32,000 nt of DNA from Candidatus Nitrosopumilus koreensis AR1 (GCF_000299365.1 NC_018655.1:1500001-1532000); one strand, 5' to 3'; positions 1 to 10,113 are shown, numbered from the stretch's first letter. Translations and numbers: made by a program. The notes: generated by a model not told the origin, from the sequence alone.

Positions 1-999
1 AAGTACAATTTGTCCTTCTGTAATGTAACCAGTAAGGTCAGGAATTGGGTGAGTAATATCATCAGAAGGCATTGACAAGATTGGAACTTGCGTAACACTT
101 CCTTTCTTTCCATTTAGTTTTCCTGCTCTTTCATAAATTGTTGAAAGGTCTGTGTAAAGATAACCAGGATAACCTTTTCTTCCTGGTACTTCTTCTCTTG
201 CTGCACTAATCTCTCTTAGTGCTTCAGCATAGTTTGTCATATCTGTAAGAATTACTAGAACATGCATTCCTAATTCAAATGCCAAATATTCAGCGACTGT
301 CAATGCAACACGAGGAGTGATAATTCTCTCAATTGCAGGATCGTCTGCTGTGTTTAGAAATAGTACACTTCTTTTTAGAGCACCAGACTCTTCAAGACTT
401 CTTCTGAAATATTCTGCTTCACTGTATTGCACACCAATTGCTGCAAATACTACAGCAAAATCATCTTGTGTGCCAATTACACTTGCCTGTCTTGCAATTT
501 GTGCTGCTAACAGGTTGTGAGACATACCAGAACCTGAAAAGATTGGAAGTTTTTGTCCTCTAACCAGAGTAATCATTCCATCAATTACAGATACCCCAGT
601 TTGAATGAAATCTTTTGGATATTCACGTTGTTCTGGATTCATTGGTTCACCATTAATGTCAATAAATGAATCAGCAATTGGATCTGGAAGGCCATCTTTT
701 GGTCTACCTAAACCATCAAAGACTCTGCCAAGTACTTCTCTTGATACTGGCATTTCCATAACTTTGCCTACAAATTTTGCATTTGTTGCAGCAATAGACA
801 ATCCAGTTGTTCCCTCAAAGACTTGGACAATTGCTTTACCGTTTCCAACTTCGAGAACTTTACCTAATCTTCTTTCACCATCTTTAGTTTCAATTTCAAC
901 TAATTCGTCAAATGCTGCGTTTTCAACGTCATCTACAATAACTAGAGGACCTTTGATTTCTGCAATCTTACTGTATTGAACTCCGCCTTCTGTTGTCAA
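1..999 (-). CDS. atpB: A-type (A1) ATP synthase subunit B, 3' end truncated by the window edge
   Basis: Absent from the ORF track because it runs off the window. Hand translation of the minus strand from TTG 999..997 gives [24 protein letters not shown]...[16 protein letters not shown]...[21 protein letters not shown]...[25 protein letters not shown], typical of the A/V-ATPase B subunit. The frame is open for exactly 333 codons to base 1. The TTG overlaps the atpA stop as TTGA. Confidence 0.93.
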   Translation of the reverse strand, partial: MTTEGGVQYSKIAEIKGPLVIVDDVENAAFDELVEIETKDGERRLGKVLEVGNGKAIVQVFEGTTGLSIAATNAKFVGKVMEMPVSREVLGRVFDGLGRPKDGLPDPIADSFIDINGEPMNPEQREYPKDFIQTGVSVIDGMITLVRGQKLPIFSGSGMSHNLLAAQIARQASVIGTQDDFAVVFAAIGVQYSEAEYFRRSLEESGALKRSVLFLNTADDPAIERIITPRVALTVAEYLAFELGMHVLVILTDMTNYAEALREISAAREEVPGRKGYPGYLYTDLSTIYERAGKLNGKKGSVTQVPILSMPSDDITHPIPDLTGYITEGQIVL

Positions 1000-2774
1000 T
1001 TTGAAACTTTCACTCCCGTAATTGATTTGAATTCTGCTTGCATGTCTGCATCTAGTTGATCAAGTTTTGGCATCTCATCATCTTTGACATCCATTCTTGC
1101 TTTGAGAATTGAAGTAATGCTTGACATTGCGCGGATATCAGCAAGAGGAGTTCCTTCCTTGATTGCTTGTTGACCTTTTTTGTAAAAGTCAACTAGTAAT
1201 TTCATTAGTTTGTATTGTTTTTCTGGGCTACAATAAGTATCAACATCATCAAATGAGTTTTGTTGTAATAGACCAATCTTTACCATTCTTGCAACTTCAA
1301 GAATTAATTTTTCCTCATCTGGAAGTGCTTCAGGTCCTAATAGTCTGACAATTTCTTTTAGTGTATCTTCTCTTTGCAATACGCCATAAACTTCACTTCT
1401 GAGACTCAACCAATCTTCGTTGATGTTCTCACCCCACCACTTTGCAATATCTGCAAGGTAACCAGAATAGCTGTTCATCCAGTTAATTGATGGATAGTGT
1501 CTGGAATATGCTAGCTTTGCATCCAAAGCCCAGAAAGTTTTGATAAATCTCATGGTATGAGTTGTAACTGGCTCTGTAAAGTCACCACCAGATGGTGAAA
1601 CAGCACCAATCAAAGTTACAGAGCCATCACGGTCTGGACTTCCAGATGCTCTAACACGTCCTGCTCTTTCATAAAATTCTGCTAATCTTGATGCAAGATA
1701 TGATGGGTAACCTTCTTCTGCTGGCATCTCTTCTAATCTACCACTCATTTCTCTGAGTGCTTCAGCCCATCTACTTGTAGAATCTGCTACAAGTACAACG
1801 TCTTTACCCATATCTCTGTAATATTCTGCAATTGTTACACCAGTGTAGATACTTGCTTCTCTTGCTGCTACTGGCATGTTACTAGTATTTGCAACAAGTA
1901 CAGTTCTATCCATAAGTGGTTTTCCACTACGTGGGTCTTTGAGATGTGGGAATTCGACAAGTACTTCTGTCATTTCGTTTCCTCTTTCACCACAACCGAT
2001 GTAAACTACAACTTGTGAATCTGCCCATTTTGCAATTTGGTGTAATGTAACAGTCTTTCCGGTTCCAAATGCTCCAGGAATTGAACCTGTTCCACCTTTT
2101 GCAATTGGGAAGAATGTATCAATGACACGTTGTCCAGTAAGTAATGGGACTGTTGGATCGTATCTGTTCTTGTATGGACGTGGTTTTCGTACTGGCCATC
2201 TATGATACATTTTAAGTTCAACGGTTTGACCGTCACTCTCAGTTGTTGCCAATACAGTTTCTAAATCATAATCTCCTTCTGATACTAAGTTTGAAATCTT
2301 TCCACCTTTGTGGTCTGGTGGAACCATGATAGAGTGTTCAATAAGATCAGTCTCTTGTACAGTCCCAATAACATTTCCTGCTGCAACTTCATCGCCATTA
2401 CTAACTGATGGTACAAAGTGATATTTTTTGGTCATATCAACAGGGGTAGTTGTAATACCTCTTCCAATAAAGGAACCAGAAGCTTTTGATAATTCTCTTA
2501 GTGGTCTTTGAATTCCATCATAAAGTTGTCCAATAATTCCTGGACCTAACAAAACGCTGAGTGGGTTTCCTGTACCAACTACAGGTTCACCTGGTTTTAA
2601 TCCACTTGTTGATTCGTAAACTTGGATAAATGCTACATCTCCAGTTAATCTAATTACTTCACCTACTAATTTTGAATCTCCTACAGTTACAGTTTCATAC
2701 ATCTTTGCTTCAGACATACCATCAGCCCTAACTGCAGGACCACTTACCCAAACAATTCTACCTTGAGCTGCCAT
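996..2774 (-). CDS. atpA: A-type ATP synthase catalytic subunit A
   Basis: 592 aa. Walker A GAFGTGKT, plus [15 protein letters not shown] and [11 protein letters not shown] blocks typical of A/V-ATPase A subunits. No intein-sized insertion. Confidence 0.97.
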   Translation of the reverse strand: MAAQGRIVWVSGPAVRADGMSEAKMYETVTVGDSKLVGEVIRLTGDVAFIQVYESTSGLKPGEPVVGTGNPLSVLLGPGIIGQLYDGIQRPLRELSKASGSFIGRGITTTPVDMTKKYHFVPSVSNGDEVAAGNVIGTVQETDLIEHSIMVPPDHKGGKISNLVSEGDYDLETVLATTESDGQTVELKMYHRWPVRKPRPYKNRYDPTVPLLTGQRVIDTFFPIAKGGTGSIPGAFGTGKTVTLHQIAKWADSQVVVYIGCGERGNEMTEVLVEFPHLKDPRSGKPLMDRTVLVANTSNMPVAAREASIYTGVTIAEYYRDMGKDVVLVADSTSRWAEALREMSGRLEEMPAEEGYPSYLASRLAEFYERAGRVRASGSPDRDGSVTLIGAVSPSGGDFTEPVTTHTMRFIKTFWALDAKLAYSRHYPSINWMNSYSGYLADIAKWWGENINEDWLSLRSEVYGVLQREDTLKEIVRLLGPEALPDEEKLILEVARMVKIGLLQQNSFDDVDTYCSPEKQYKLMKLLVDFYKKGQQAIKEGTPLADIRAMSSITSILKARMDVKDDEMPKLDQLDADMQAEFKSITGVKVSN

Positions 2775-3389
2775 CTATTCTCCTACTCCGAATTTGGATG
2801 CAATCTCTTTCCTTATTAAAGGCTTCAGACGTTCAATTCTTGCATCGATCGTATTGTCAAATGTCATTGCACCATCTTTTGATTTTACAACAACACCACC
2901 AAGACAATCAATTGTATCAGAAGACATTTCAGCTCCTGAAAATTGTGACAAAGTTGATTGAACCACATCTTTGTCTTTTGCATTTGTAGAAACTGTAATT
3001 TCTGAAGTTCCCAAGATTTGAGTTGCTTCTTCAATCATAGTTTTAATCAAATTTGAATAATCACCACTACGATCAGTATTTGCAATTTGATCGAGTGCTT
3101 TAGAAAATACTTTGGTAACTGCCTCTTCTAATGCCATTAATTGCTTGTTTCTAGCCTCAATATCGGCACTTCCGATAATCTGTTTTTCAATTTTTTCAGC
3201 TTCTTTTTTACCATCTGAGAGAATTTTATCATATTCAGCCTCTAATTTAGGAACAGAATCATCAAGATTTTTTTGTGAATCATCAAGTGCTGATTTGATA
3301 TTTGAAAGGACATCATTTTCAGTATTTTTTAGAATTTTGTCAATCGTAACTTCTAAAGAATTAGATGTCAATGGGTGCCGTTCATCCAT
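2775..3389 (-). CDS. atpE: A-type ATP synthase subunit E (peripheral stalk)
   Basis: 204 aa. Charged helical N-terminal half (KKEAEKIEKQIIGSADIEARNKQL) and a globular C-terminus (GGVVVKSKDGAMTFDNTIDARIERL) characteristic of AtpE. Its stop abuts the atpA start (TAG then ATG). Confidence 0.85.
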   Translation of the reverse strand: MDERHPLTSNSLEVTIDKILKNTENDVLSNIKSALDDSQKNLDDSVPKLEAEYDKILSDGKKEAEKIEKQIIGSADIEARNKQLMALEEAVTKVFSKALDQIANTDRSGDYSNLIKTMIEEATQILGTSEITVSTNAKDKDVVQSTLSQFSGAEMSSDTIDCLGGVVVKSKDGAMTFDNTIDARIERLKPLIRKEIASKFGVGE

Positions 3390-3461
3390 AATAGATTTTA
3401 ATGTTTGGGAAAGATGACATCAGAAAGATATTAAACTCAATGAAAATACCCAAAATTTGTC

Positions 3462-5561
3462 TTGGGAACAGCCGATCTGAAACTTGGAAGTGTAATTTTG
3501 CCAAGAAGCGAGTCTCCAAAAGCAATTTCAAGATTAACTGAGTTTGAATGGTATCACAAAGTAGATTCTGCAAATGATCTGGTAACCCCTGAAATAGATG
3601 ATCTTTTGTTAAAAGCACAACAAACATTCCAATCAATTGATGATGTTGTAAAAGGAATGGGAATTCCTTTGACTGTTGGAATTATGGAGATCATGTTCAA
3701 GGGAACTGTAATCAAGAAAAAAGACTATGAAATTAATGAAATTGAAGAGATGGTAGCAGACTTAGAAAAAGAAGCACCATCAATTATCGAAGAACCGGCA
3801 AAATTACTTGAAGAGGCTGCAAATACTAGAACATCAATTGATGAATATACCTCGCTCAAAGAAACCCTAGAAATCATCAAGAAGTTAAACATGGATATTT
3901 CTGGATTTGGTTTAATGAAATATTTTTTCACAAATCTCTTTGTTATTGACACTGCAGATTATGACGAAATTAATCGCTCTCTTGAAGGCATTACAATTTA
4001 CAAATATGACTTGGATAACAAGGAAAAATCTGCAATTCTAGTAATTTCAGATACTGCAGATTCTGAAAAAGTTCTCAAAGTCTTAAGAAGTTTCAACTCC
4101 AATTCATTTAAAATTCCAGAAGGGTTCCCACAAGTTCCCAGTGAGGCATATGCACTTGCTGAATCAAAAATTAAAGAATTAACTGAGAAACAAACAAAGA
4201 TCAAAAAACAGTTAGCAGGATTAACAAAGAAAAACAGACGGGATATTTTGGCTATTCATGAGAAAGCCATGGTTGCAAAGGATGTTCTTGAAACCTTGAG
4301 AAAACCAGGTGGAACCAAAAATTTTGCAGTGATACAGGGGTTCATTCCAGCAAAGATGGAATCAGAGTTCAAAGATTCAACAAAACAATGGACATCAGTT
4401 GTAGAAGACATTACTGATCCAAAACTAAAGGAACAGATTCCAACATTATTTGACAATAAGAGATTTGTTAGAACATTTGAAGTAATTACAAAAAGTCAGG
4501 GAATTCCAAAAGCAGGAGAACCAGACCCTACACCAATGATTGCACTAATGTGGCCAATTTTCTATGGACTGATGTTTGCAGATATGGGTCACGGATTATT
4601 ACTCATGGGAATGGGACTTTTGTTCAAAGTAAAAGGACAAGGAGAGCTTTCTAGATGGGGAATGCTCATTGCAATTTCTGGTGCAGCAGCAGCAATAGCT
4701 GGTGTGGGTGCAGGGGAAGCGTTTGGCTATCACCTTGATCACATGGGCCCATTTGAAGGATTGTTAGAAGAAGGTGGAGCACTACATTCAGTCAGTTGGT
4801 TAGTAGGAATCCTGAGTGTTGCAGAATTAACATTTGAACAAGTAATTGATATTCTTAAAGTTTCATTATTCTTAGGAATTGTACATCTTGTTTGGGCAAT
4901 GACTTTGAGAATTATCAGATTAGCTAAAGAAGGACACAAGATGGTAATGTTTACTGAAGCAATTCCAAACATCACACTTTATGGCGGAATTGTCGTTATC
5001 ATGATGTGTGCAATTGGTTCACAATATGATGTAATGAACATGTATTCTAAAGTTCACACAGAATCAGTTCCATGGGTTACAATGTTCTTAGGTGATTGGG
5101 CCCAAGTATGGATTGTAACTAGAATTGCAGTAATTACAGTAATTGCATCAATGGTTATCATGATGGTTGGCGGCGTAATGCACGCAAAGAAACATCCAGA
5201 AGACGGCGCAGATCCTGCAAGTGTTATCATGGAAGTATTACTTGGAAAAACAGTAGAAAGTTTAGCTCACACAATTAGTTATGCCCGACTTGGAATTATG
5301 TTACTGGTACACGCGGCGCTATTATTGACAGTAAACAATGCATTCGTCTCACTTGGGGGAGCAGAATCTGGAGGTGCAATGGCAATGATAATTGGAGGAA
5401 ACTTGGGAATTATGATGATTGAAGGATTAATCGTGTACATTCAGTCACTCAGGCTGCACTTGTATGAATTCTTTACAAAGTGGTATGTGGGCGGTTCACA
5501 GTCATTTAGACAAATCAGACCAGAATTGATTTACAACCAATTTATTTGGAAAAGAAAATAA
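3462..5561 (+). CDS. atpI: A-type ATP synthase subunit I (membrane a-subunit)
   Basis: 699 aa. Soluble coiled N-terminal half followed by multiple TM helices and the conserved C-terminal SLRLHLYEFFTKWY block. TTG start; the nearby ATG at 3440 is out of frame. Divergent from atpE across 72 bp. Confidence 0.9.
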   Translation: MGTADLKLGSVILPRSESPKAISRLTEFEWYHKVDSANDLVTPEIDDLLLKAQQTFQSIDDVVKGMGIPLTVGIMEIMFKGTVIKKKDYEINEIEEMVADLEKEAPSIIEEPAKLLEEAANTRTSIDEYTSLKETLEIIKKLNMDISGFGLMKYFFTNLFVIDTADYDEINRSLEGITIYKYDLDNKEKSAILVISDTADSEKVLKVLRSFNSNSFKIPEGFPQVPSEAYALAESKIKELTEKQTKIKKQLAGLTKKNRRDILAIHEKAMVAKDVLETLRKPGGTKNFAVIQGFIPAKMESEFKDSTKQWTSVVEDITDPKLKEQIPTLFDNKRFVRTFEVITKSQGIPKAGEPDPTPMIALMWPIFYGLMFADMGHGLLLMGMGLLFKVKGQGELSRWGMLIAISGAAAAIAGVGAGEAFGYHLDHMGPFEGLLEEGGALHSVSWLVGILSVAELTFEQVIDILKVSLFLGIVHLVWAMTLRIIRLAKEGHKMVMFTEAIPNITLYGGIVVIMMCAIGSQYDVMNMYSKVHTESVPWVTMFLGDWAQVWIVTRIAVITVIASMVIMMVGGVMHAKKHPEDGADPASVIMEVLLGKTVESLAHTISYARLGIMLLVHAALLLTVNNAFVSLGGAESGGAMAMIIGGNLGIMMIEGLIVYIQSLRLHLYEFFTKWYVGGSQSFRQIRPELIYNQFIWKRK

Positions 5562-5579
5562 AATTTAAAAAAAAGAATC

Positions 5580-5744
5580 TTAGTTACCTTTAGCTTTATC
5601 GTGTCCTTTTTTGGCAGCATCCTTTGTTCCTTCATATCCTTTGGTTCCAAGTTCTGCACCTTTTTCAACACCTTTCTTACCAAGGTCGGCTCCCTTTTCA
5701 ACACCTTTTTCAGCAGTGTCTTTGAGTTTTTTTAGAAATCCCAT
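5580..5744 (-). CDS. Small Lys/Gly-rich hydrophilic repeat protein (54 aa), function unknown
   Basis: The ORF track gives 5580..5768. The second ATG (5744) is preferred because TTTTTATG at 5773..5766 sits about 26 nt upstream of it and contains the first ATG. The product MGFLKKLKDTAEKGVEKGADLGKKGVEKGAELGTKGYEGTKDAAKKGHDKAKGN has an internal KGVEKGA(D/E)LG duplication. Confidence 0.5.
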   Translation of the reverse strand: MGFLKKLKDTAEKGVEKGADLGKKGVEKGAELGTKGYEGTKDAAKKGHDKAKGN

Positions 5745-5765
5745 GTTGAATATAGTGATATGATA

Positions 5766-5773
5766 CATAAAAA
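5766..5773 (-). promoter_or_regulatory. Putative TATA box for the Lys/Gly-rich small gene (leaderless spacing)
   Basis: Minus-strand TTTTTATG, centred about 26 nt upstream of ATG 5744. Confidence 0.3.
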
Positions 5774-5797
5774 GATCTGTGAGATTTCAAACAAGGA

Positions 5798-6574
5798 TTA
5801 CTGTTTTACTGGAAGTTCCAATCTGTTTCCCCATTCACCCCAAGAACCAAGGTAAACTTTGACATTTTCAAATCCAAGTTTTTTCAAAACCAAAAATGTG
5901 TTGGCAGCCCTATATGCACCCTGACAATAAGTTACAATTTCAGTATCTTTTGGATAATCATACATTTTTGATAATTCATCATCGTTTTTGAAAGTCCCAT
6001 CTTCTTTGAGGTTTTTATTCCAGTCAATATTGATTGCATTTGGAATATGACCTGATCTAGCAGCACGAATTGTATCTCCATCATATTCTCCAGAGGAACG
6101 AACATCAAGAATTTTGAGATTTGTAAGATTGTCCCGGATATATTCAAATCCAGAAATTATGCCAGTGTTGATTTTGCCTGAAAATTCAGATGGTTTGAAA
6201 CCGTTTGGTTTTATTTCAAGTGGAAGATTTTCCTTTTGCCATTTTGTGATCCCACCATCAAGCATCATAACATTTTGATGAGAAAAATACATCAACATCC
6301 AAACACCTCTAGCTGCAAGCATTCCAGAAACTGAATCATAAAAGATGACTTTTTTTTCAGGTGTTACTCCAAGAAAAGATAGTAATGATTTTGACTGGTT
6401 ATTGAAATTCTCAATTCCTTGTCTTGTAGTATCAATCCAATGAAATGCAAATAGATCCAAATGAACTGCTCCTGGAATATGACCTTCAGAATATTCTTTG
6501 AAAGAACGAGTATCAGTAAGAATTACATCAGGATCATTTAGAATAGAATCTAGTTTGGTTGTTGAGATTAACAT
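5798..6574 (-). CDS. Tandem-rhodanese sulfurtransferase (thiosulfate/3-mercaptopyruvate sulfurtransferase family)
   Basis: 258 aa with two rhodanese-like halves. The N-terminal half contains EYSEGHIPGAVHLD. The C-terminal half carries the active-site loop VTYCQGAYRAANTF followed by GSWGEW. Confidence 0.85.
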   Translation of the reverse strand: MLISTTKLDSILNDPDVILTDTRSFKEYSEGHIPGAVHLDLFAFHWIDTTRQGIENFNNQSKSLLSFLGVTPEKKVIFYDSVSGMLAARGVWMLMYFSHQNVMMLDGGITKWQKENLPLEIKPNGFKPSEFSGKINTGIISGFEYIRDNLTNLKILDVRSSGEYDGDTIRAARSGHIPNAINIDWNKNLKEDGTFKNDDELSKMYDYPKDTEIVTYCQGAYRAANTFLVLKKLGFENVKVYLGSWGEWGNRLELPVKQ

Positions 6575-6616
6575 GAATTGGATAAAATGATCAAATCTAA
6601 ATTGATTTGGATTAAA

Positions 6617-6640
6617 TAATAAAAAGAAGAAAAGAAAAGG
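6617..6640 (-). terminator. Oligo-T tract immediately downstream of amt
   Basis: The minus strand reads CCTTTTCTTTTCTTCTTTTTATTA just after the amt TAG (6649..6647). Archaeal termination typically uses T-runs. Confidence 0.35.
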
Positions 6641-6646
6641 GTTTTT

Positions 6647-8209
6647 CTATTCGTTTACGTATGCTCTTTCTCCGTGCTGAGCCAAATCGAGACCAATCTC
6701 CTCTTCTTTAGGAGTGACTCTGATTCCGCCAGGCCATACGGCATCCATTACTTTGAGAATTACTATGGTAACACCAAAGGCATAGCCTATTGATATTGCA
6801 GCACCAATGATGCTGATTGCTTGCTGTTCCATTCCTTCTGCAGTGCCAGTCCATGCACCAATACCGTCTCCAGTATCCCAGATGTGTGGACTTGCTAATG
6901 TACCAGTTAAAATTGCACCTGTAAGACCACCCATTCCGTGTACTCCCCATACATCTAATGCGTCATCCCACTTGCGTGAATTTTTGAATGCTACACTTGC
7001 ATAACAAATTGTACCAGCTGCAATACCGATAATAATTGCAGCCATTGGACCTACCCAACCTGAAGCTGGAGTAATTGCTACTAATCCTGCTACTGCACCT
7101 GATGCTGCACCAACAATACTTGGTTTTCCTGTATGTGCCCATGACATCAAGACCCAAGTAACTGCAGCCATACCAGTTGCGGTATTTGTAACAGTCCATG
7201 CGCTGACGGTAATGCCGTCTACCATTACTTCACTTCCTGCGTTGAAACCAAACCATCCAAACCATAGGATACCTGCACCGAGGACAACCATTGGGATGTT
7301 GTGTGGTTCCATTGGCACTTTGCCATATCCAAGTCTTCTGCCAAGGACTAAGGCTCCTGCCAATGCAGCAAATCCTGAAGAAATGTGTACTACAGTACCA
7401 CCAGCAAAGTCTAATGCATACGATGGTGATAGATCTGGATTGAGGTCTATTGCACCTCCTCCTATGTATCCTCCTCCCCAGACCCAATGTGCTATTGGAT
7501 CATAAACGAAGGTTCCCCATAAGAGTACGAATATGACTAATGCGCTGAATTTGATTCTGTCAATCAAACCACCAATAATTAGAACTGGTGTGATGATAGC
7601 GAATGTTGCTTGGAACATTGCAAATAATTGGTGAGGTACAGTACCTGGCCAACCTTGACTACAATATTCACCGTCTACCATCGCATTCATTTGATAAGCT
7701 GCAGACCATGTGTCAGCACAAGGACCCACTTCACCTAATGGTGCATAGTGAGATACCATGTTGAATCCAACATAATCTAAGTTACCCATGAACATGTTTG
7801 CGTCATTATCAATTCCGCCAAATGCTAGTGAGTATCCCCATAGAACCCATTGTACTGACATGAGACCCATAACAATGAGAGTCATACCAAGTACGTTGAC
7901 GATGTTCTTTGATCTGGCTAAGCCACCATAAAAGAAACCGACACCTGGAGACATGAAGAGTACTAATGATGTTGCTGTGAGCATCCATGCTGTATCACCT
8001 GTATCAATAAGACAAGGTAGCATGTTGCCTTCGCCATCATCATACCAACATTCGTTAGGATTGCCAGTGTAAATTCCACTGGTTCCTGCGACATATCCGT
8101 CCATACCATCTTCAACACTTTGTGCATATGCCTGTGACATTGCACCTGCTGCTGTGATGGATACTGCGGCTACAAGTAATAGAGCATACTTGTAGTTCCT
8201 AGAATTCAT
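6647..8209 (-). CDS. amt: Ammonium transporter (Amt/MEP family) with N-terminal signal peptide
   Basis: 520 aa. Signal-like N-terminus (ALLLVAAVSITAAGAMSQAYA), about 11 TM segments, and Amt signatures DFAGGTVVHISSGFAALAGALVLGRR, LGAGILWFGWFGFNAGS and VHGMGGLTGAILTG. Confidence 0.95.
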   Translation of the reverse strand: MNSRNYKYALLLVAAVSITAAGAMSQAYAQSVEDGMDGYVAGTSGIYTGNPNECWYDDGEGNMLPCLIDTGDTAWMLTATSLVLFMSPGVGFFYGGLARSKNIVNVLGMTLIVMGLMSVQWVLWGYSLAFGGIDNDANMFMGNLDYVGFNMVSHYAPLGEVGPCADTWSAAYQMNAMVDGEYCSQGWPGTVPHQLFAMFQATFAIITPVLIIGGLIDRIKFSALVIFVLLWGTFVYDPIAHWVWGGGYIGGGAIDLNPDLSPSYALDFAGGTVVHISSGFAALAGALVLGRRLGYGKVPMEPHNIPMVVLGAGILWFGWFGFNAGSEVMVDGITVSAWTVTNTATGMAAVTWVLMSWAHTGKPSIVGAASGAVAGLVAITPASGWVGPMAAIIIGIAAGTICYASVAFKNSRKWDDALDVWGVHGMGGLTGAILTGTLASPHIWDTGDGIGAWTGTAEGMEQQAISIIGAAISIGYAFGVTIVILKVMDAVWPGGIRVTPKEEEIGLDLAQHGERAYVNE

Positions 8210-8228
8210 TGAATTTATCGAAATTGGA

Positions 8229-8238
8229 TTTTATTTAA
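8229..8238 (-). promoter_or_regulatory. Putative amt TATA box
   Basis: Minus-strand TTAAATAAAA at -29..-20 relative to the amt ATG (8209), a spacing consistent with a leaderless or very short-leader mRNA. Confidence 0.35.
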
Positions 8239-8241
8239 GGG

Positions 8242-8254
8242 TTGGAGACTCCAA
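8242..8254. promoter_or_regulatory. Perfect 6-1-6 palindrome TTGGAGaCTCCAA, candidate operator in the amt / wHTH-like divergent intergenic region
   Basis: Read directly. It is a GC-rich island in an otherwise A/T intergenic region. It lies at -45..-33 from the amt ATG, directly upstream of the putative TATA (the BRE/activator position), and 85-97 nt upstream of the divergent gene at 8339. Confidence 0.3.
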
Positions 8255-8338
8255 AATATTTAAAAAAGTAAATTATTATATTTTAGTATATTCTGATAGT
8301 AACATAAAATATGAAAATTATGTTAATGGGACACGAAC

Positions 8339-9004
8339 ATGGGAAAATCAGAAACTAAACTAGCAATATTTGATACTTTCAAAACCAAGGGAGATGATCT
8401 AACAGGAGAAGCTCAACGACAGAGAGCGATCATAGGAATTCTTGCAAGTAATGCCAATCCGGCTGAAAGAACCAGAACAGGGATCTCACAAAAAATGGCA
8501 AAGAAACAAGGAATTGCTTGGAAGAATATCTATTCAGGTATTTTTCGAGATTTAGATGAAATTCTCCTCCCAATGGGAATTGCAGAAGAAGACGGAAGAT
8601 TGCCTCTACAAAGAGGACCTAAAGCTCTGCAGGAAAAAGGCATTCCATACTATCACCTTACAAAGAGAGGGATTTTAATTGCTCTTTCAATAAATGATGT
8701 CAAAAATAGGGAAAATTTACTAGCTGAGTTTTTTGCAAAGTCTGAACCTAAAGAAAAAGAGTTTGAGAAAATTCTATCCAGTCTTTTAGAGACTAGCCCT
8801 AACTTCACATATTCAATTTTTCAAAAATATGTTAAGGCATTTTGTGATAATAAAATCAAGGACCTTCTGCCATTTGATCTCTCAAAATTAAGATACATTG
8901 GAGATGAATCATTAATTATTCAAAAAGAGATTCTATCAGCCTTTGTCAAACTCTCAAAACAAGAAAAAGAAGACGCCATCAAATTTCTTGATAAAATCAC
9001 TTAG
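8339..9004 (+). CDS. Hypothetical protein, possible winged-helix DNA-binding protein
   Basis: 221 aa ORF with a TATA-like ACATAAAATATG about 30 nt upstream. The segment TGISQKMAKKQGIAWKNIYSGIFRDLDEILLPMGIAEEDGRLPLQRGPKALQEKGIPYYHLTKRG looks like helix-turn-helix plus a beta-wing. I recognise no named family, so the function is inference only. Confidence 0.55.
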   Translation: MGKSETKLAIFDTFKTKGDDLTGEAQRQRAIIGILASNANPAERTRTGISQKMAKKQGIAWKNIYSGIFRDLDEILLPMGIAEEDGRLPLQRGPKALQEKGIPYYHLTKRGILIALSINDVKNRENLLAEFFAKSEPKEKEFEKILSSLLETSPNFTYSIFQKYVKAFCDNKIKDLLPFDLSKLRYIGDESLIIQKEILSAFVKLSKQEKEDAIKFLDKIT

Positions 9005-9050
9005 AATTTGTTCCTAAACTAGATCGCCAAACATTAAAATCCGTTGCCTA

Positions 9051-10103
9051 TTGAGATTGATCGAAATGGGCGGTTCTAAGAATGTCTATGCTTCTGTTAA
9101 GGCCTACAGTAAAAGGGGTAAATTACTAACTAAAGCAGATTTTCAAACATTAGCAGAATCTAGAGATTTAGAGGAGTTAATGACTAGAATCAAAAATACT
9201 GTTTATGGAGAAGCAGTAGCAGATGTCCAAAAGCCATTTACCTCTCAGAGTATCGAATCTGCCCTAAGAAGTAAATTAGCAGATATCCATTATTCTATTG
9301 CAAAAACATCAGGAAACTCTGGTGTACTTGATGCATATTACATGAAATTCATTGTCTCAAATCTAAAACAAATTCTAAAAGGCAAGGTATTAGGAAAATC
9401 GCAAGAAGAGATTGAAACTCATGTAAATTTGCATGCTGAAGAATTAATCAAACAAAGAGATATTGTTGTCAAAGCTTTGGTTGCCAAAGATTTTGAAGAA
9501 GCAGTTGCAAGTCTAAACTCTGTTCAGTTTGGAGAAGAAATTGCAAAAGCAGCAGCGCTATACAATGAGAAGAAGAACGTCCAAATTATTGACACCTATT
9601 TTGATAAAATTCTATATCAACATCTAGCTGGCGCAATGAAGAATTATTCTGACAAAGAAGCAACAAAATTAGTTGCAATGGATATTGACTTTTACAATAT
9701 TCTCAGTGTTATTAGAGGAAAGTTTTGGGGATTGCAAGAAGACCAAATTCAAGATTTGATAATTCACACAAGTCCACCTGCAAGAGAATTGCTTGGAAGA
9801 ATGATGGCAGCAGGAACTGTCAGAGATGCATTCAATGAATTATCCAGTACAAAATACAAAGAACTTGTACCACAAGTTGAAAATGAATTAGATGCAATTG
9901 CTGAATTTGAAAGAGCCTTTGAGATGATGATCTATAGAACATCACTTAGATCATTTACAAAGATGTTTAGCTTTGCAACAATTGTTGGGATTACCAAATT
10001 AACATCATTTGAGGTAAGAAATCTAGCCGCCATTGCTTTTGCAGTGGAACAAAAGATTCCAACTGAGACAACAATGTCAAAATTAATCCTAGAAGAAGAA
10101 TAG
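9051..10103 (+). CDS. atpC: A-type ATP synthase subunit C (V-ATPase d-like central stalk/rotor socket)
   Basis: 350 aa all-helical protein. The N-terminus NVYASVKAYSKRGKLLTKADFQTLAESRDLEELMTRIKNTVYGE matches the conserved AtpC opening, and a repeated helical-domain pattern continues to the end. The start may be ATG 9066 rather than TTG 9051. Confidence 0.85.
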   Translation: MRLIEMGGSKNVYASVKAYSKRGKLLTKADFQTLAESRDLEELMTRIKNTVYGEAVADVQKPFTSQSIESALRSKLADIHYSIAKTSGNSGVLDAYYMKFIVSNLKQILKGKVLGKSQEEIETHVNLHAEELIKQRDIVVKALVAKDFEEAVASLNSVQFGEEIAKAAALYNEKKNVQIIDTYFDKILYQHLAGAMKNYSDKEATKLVAMDIDFYNILSVIRGKFWGLQEDQIQDLIIHTSPPARELLGRMMAAGTVRDAFNELSSTKYKELVPQVENELDAIAEFERAFEMMIYRTSLRSFTKMFSFATIVGITKLTSFEVRNLAAIAFAVEQKIPTETTMSKLILEEE

Positions 10104-10113
10104 GAATTCTGAG

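Noticed and set aside
317-979. Plus-strand track ORFs 317..520 and 605..979
   Set aside because: They lie antisense to a continuous, clearly homologous atpB reading frame (1..999, minus strand). Their products are low-complexity and have no motifs.
3382-3636. 84-aa minus-strand ORF spanning the atpE/atpI divergent promoter
   Set aside because: It overlaps the atpE start, the intergenic promoter region and the atpI 5' end, and shows no features of a real protein.
6708-8145. Six overlapping track ORFs on both strands inside amt (6708..6950, 6807..7004, 6963..7199, 7212..7505, 7230..7487, 7963..8145), and the higher GC of this gene as a possible sign of horizontal transfer
   Set aside because: The Gly/Ala/Trp-rich membrane protein raises GC and depletes stop codons in the other frames, which generates shadow ORFs. 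The Cys/Arg/Trp-rich products look non-biological. Composition alone, without flanking mobility genes or repeats, does not support transfer.
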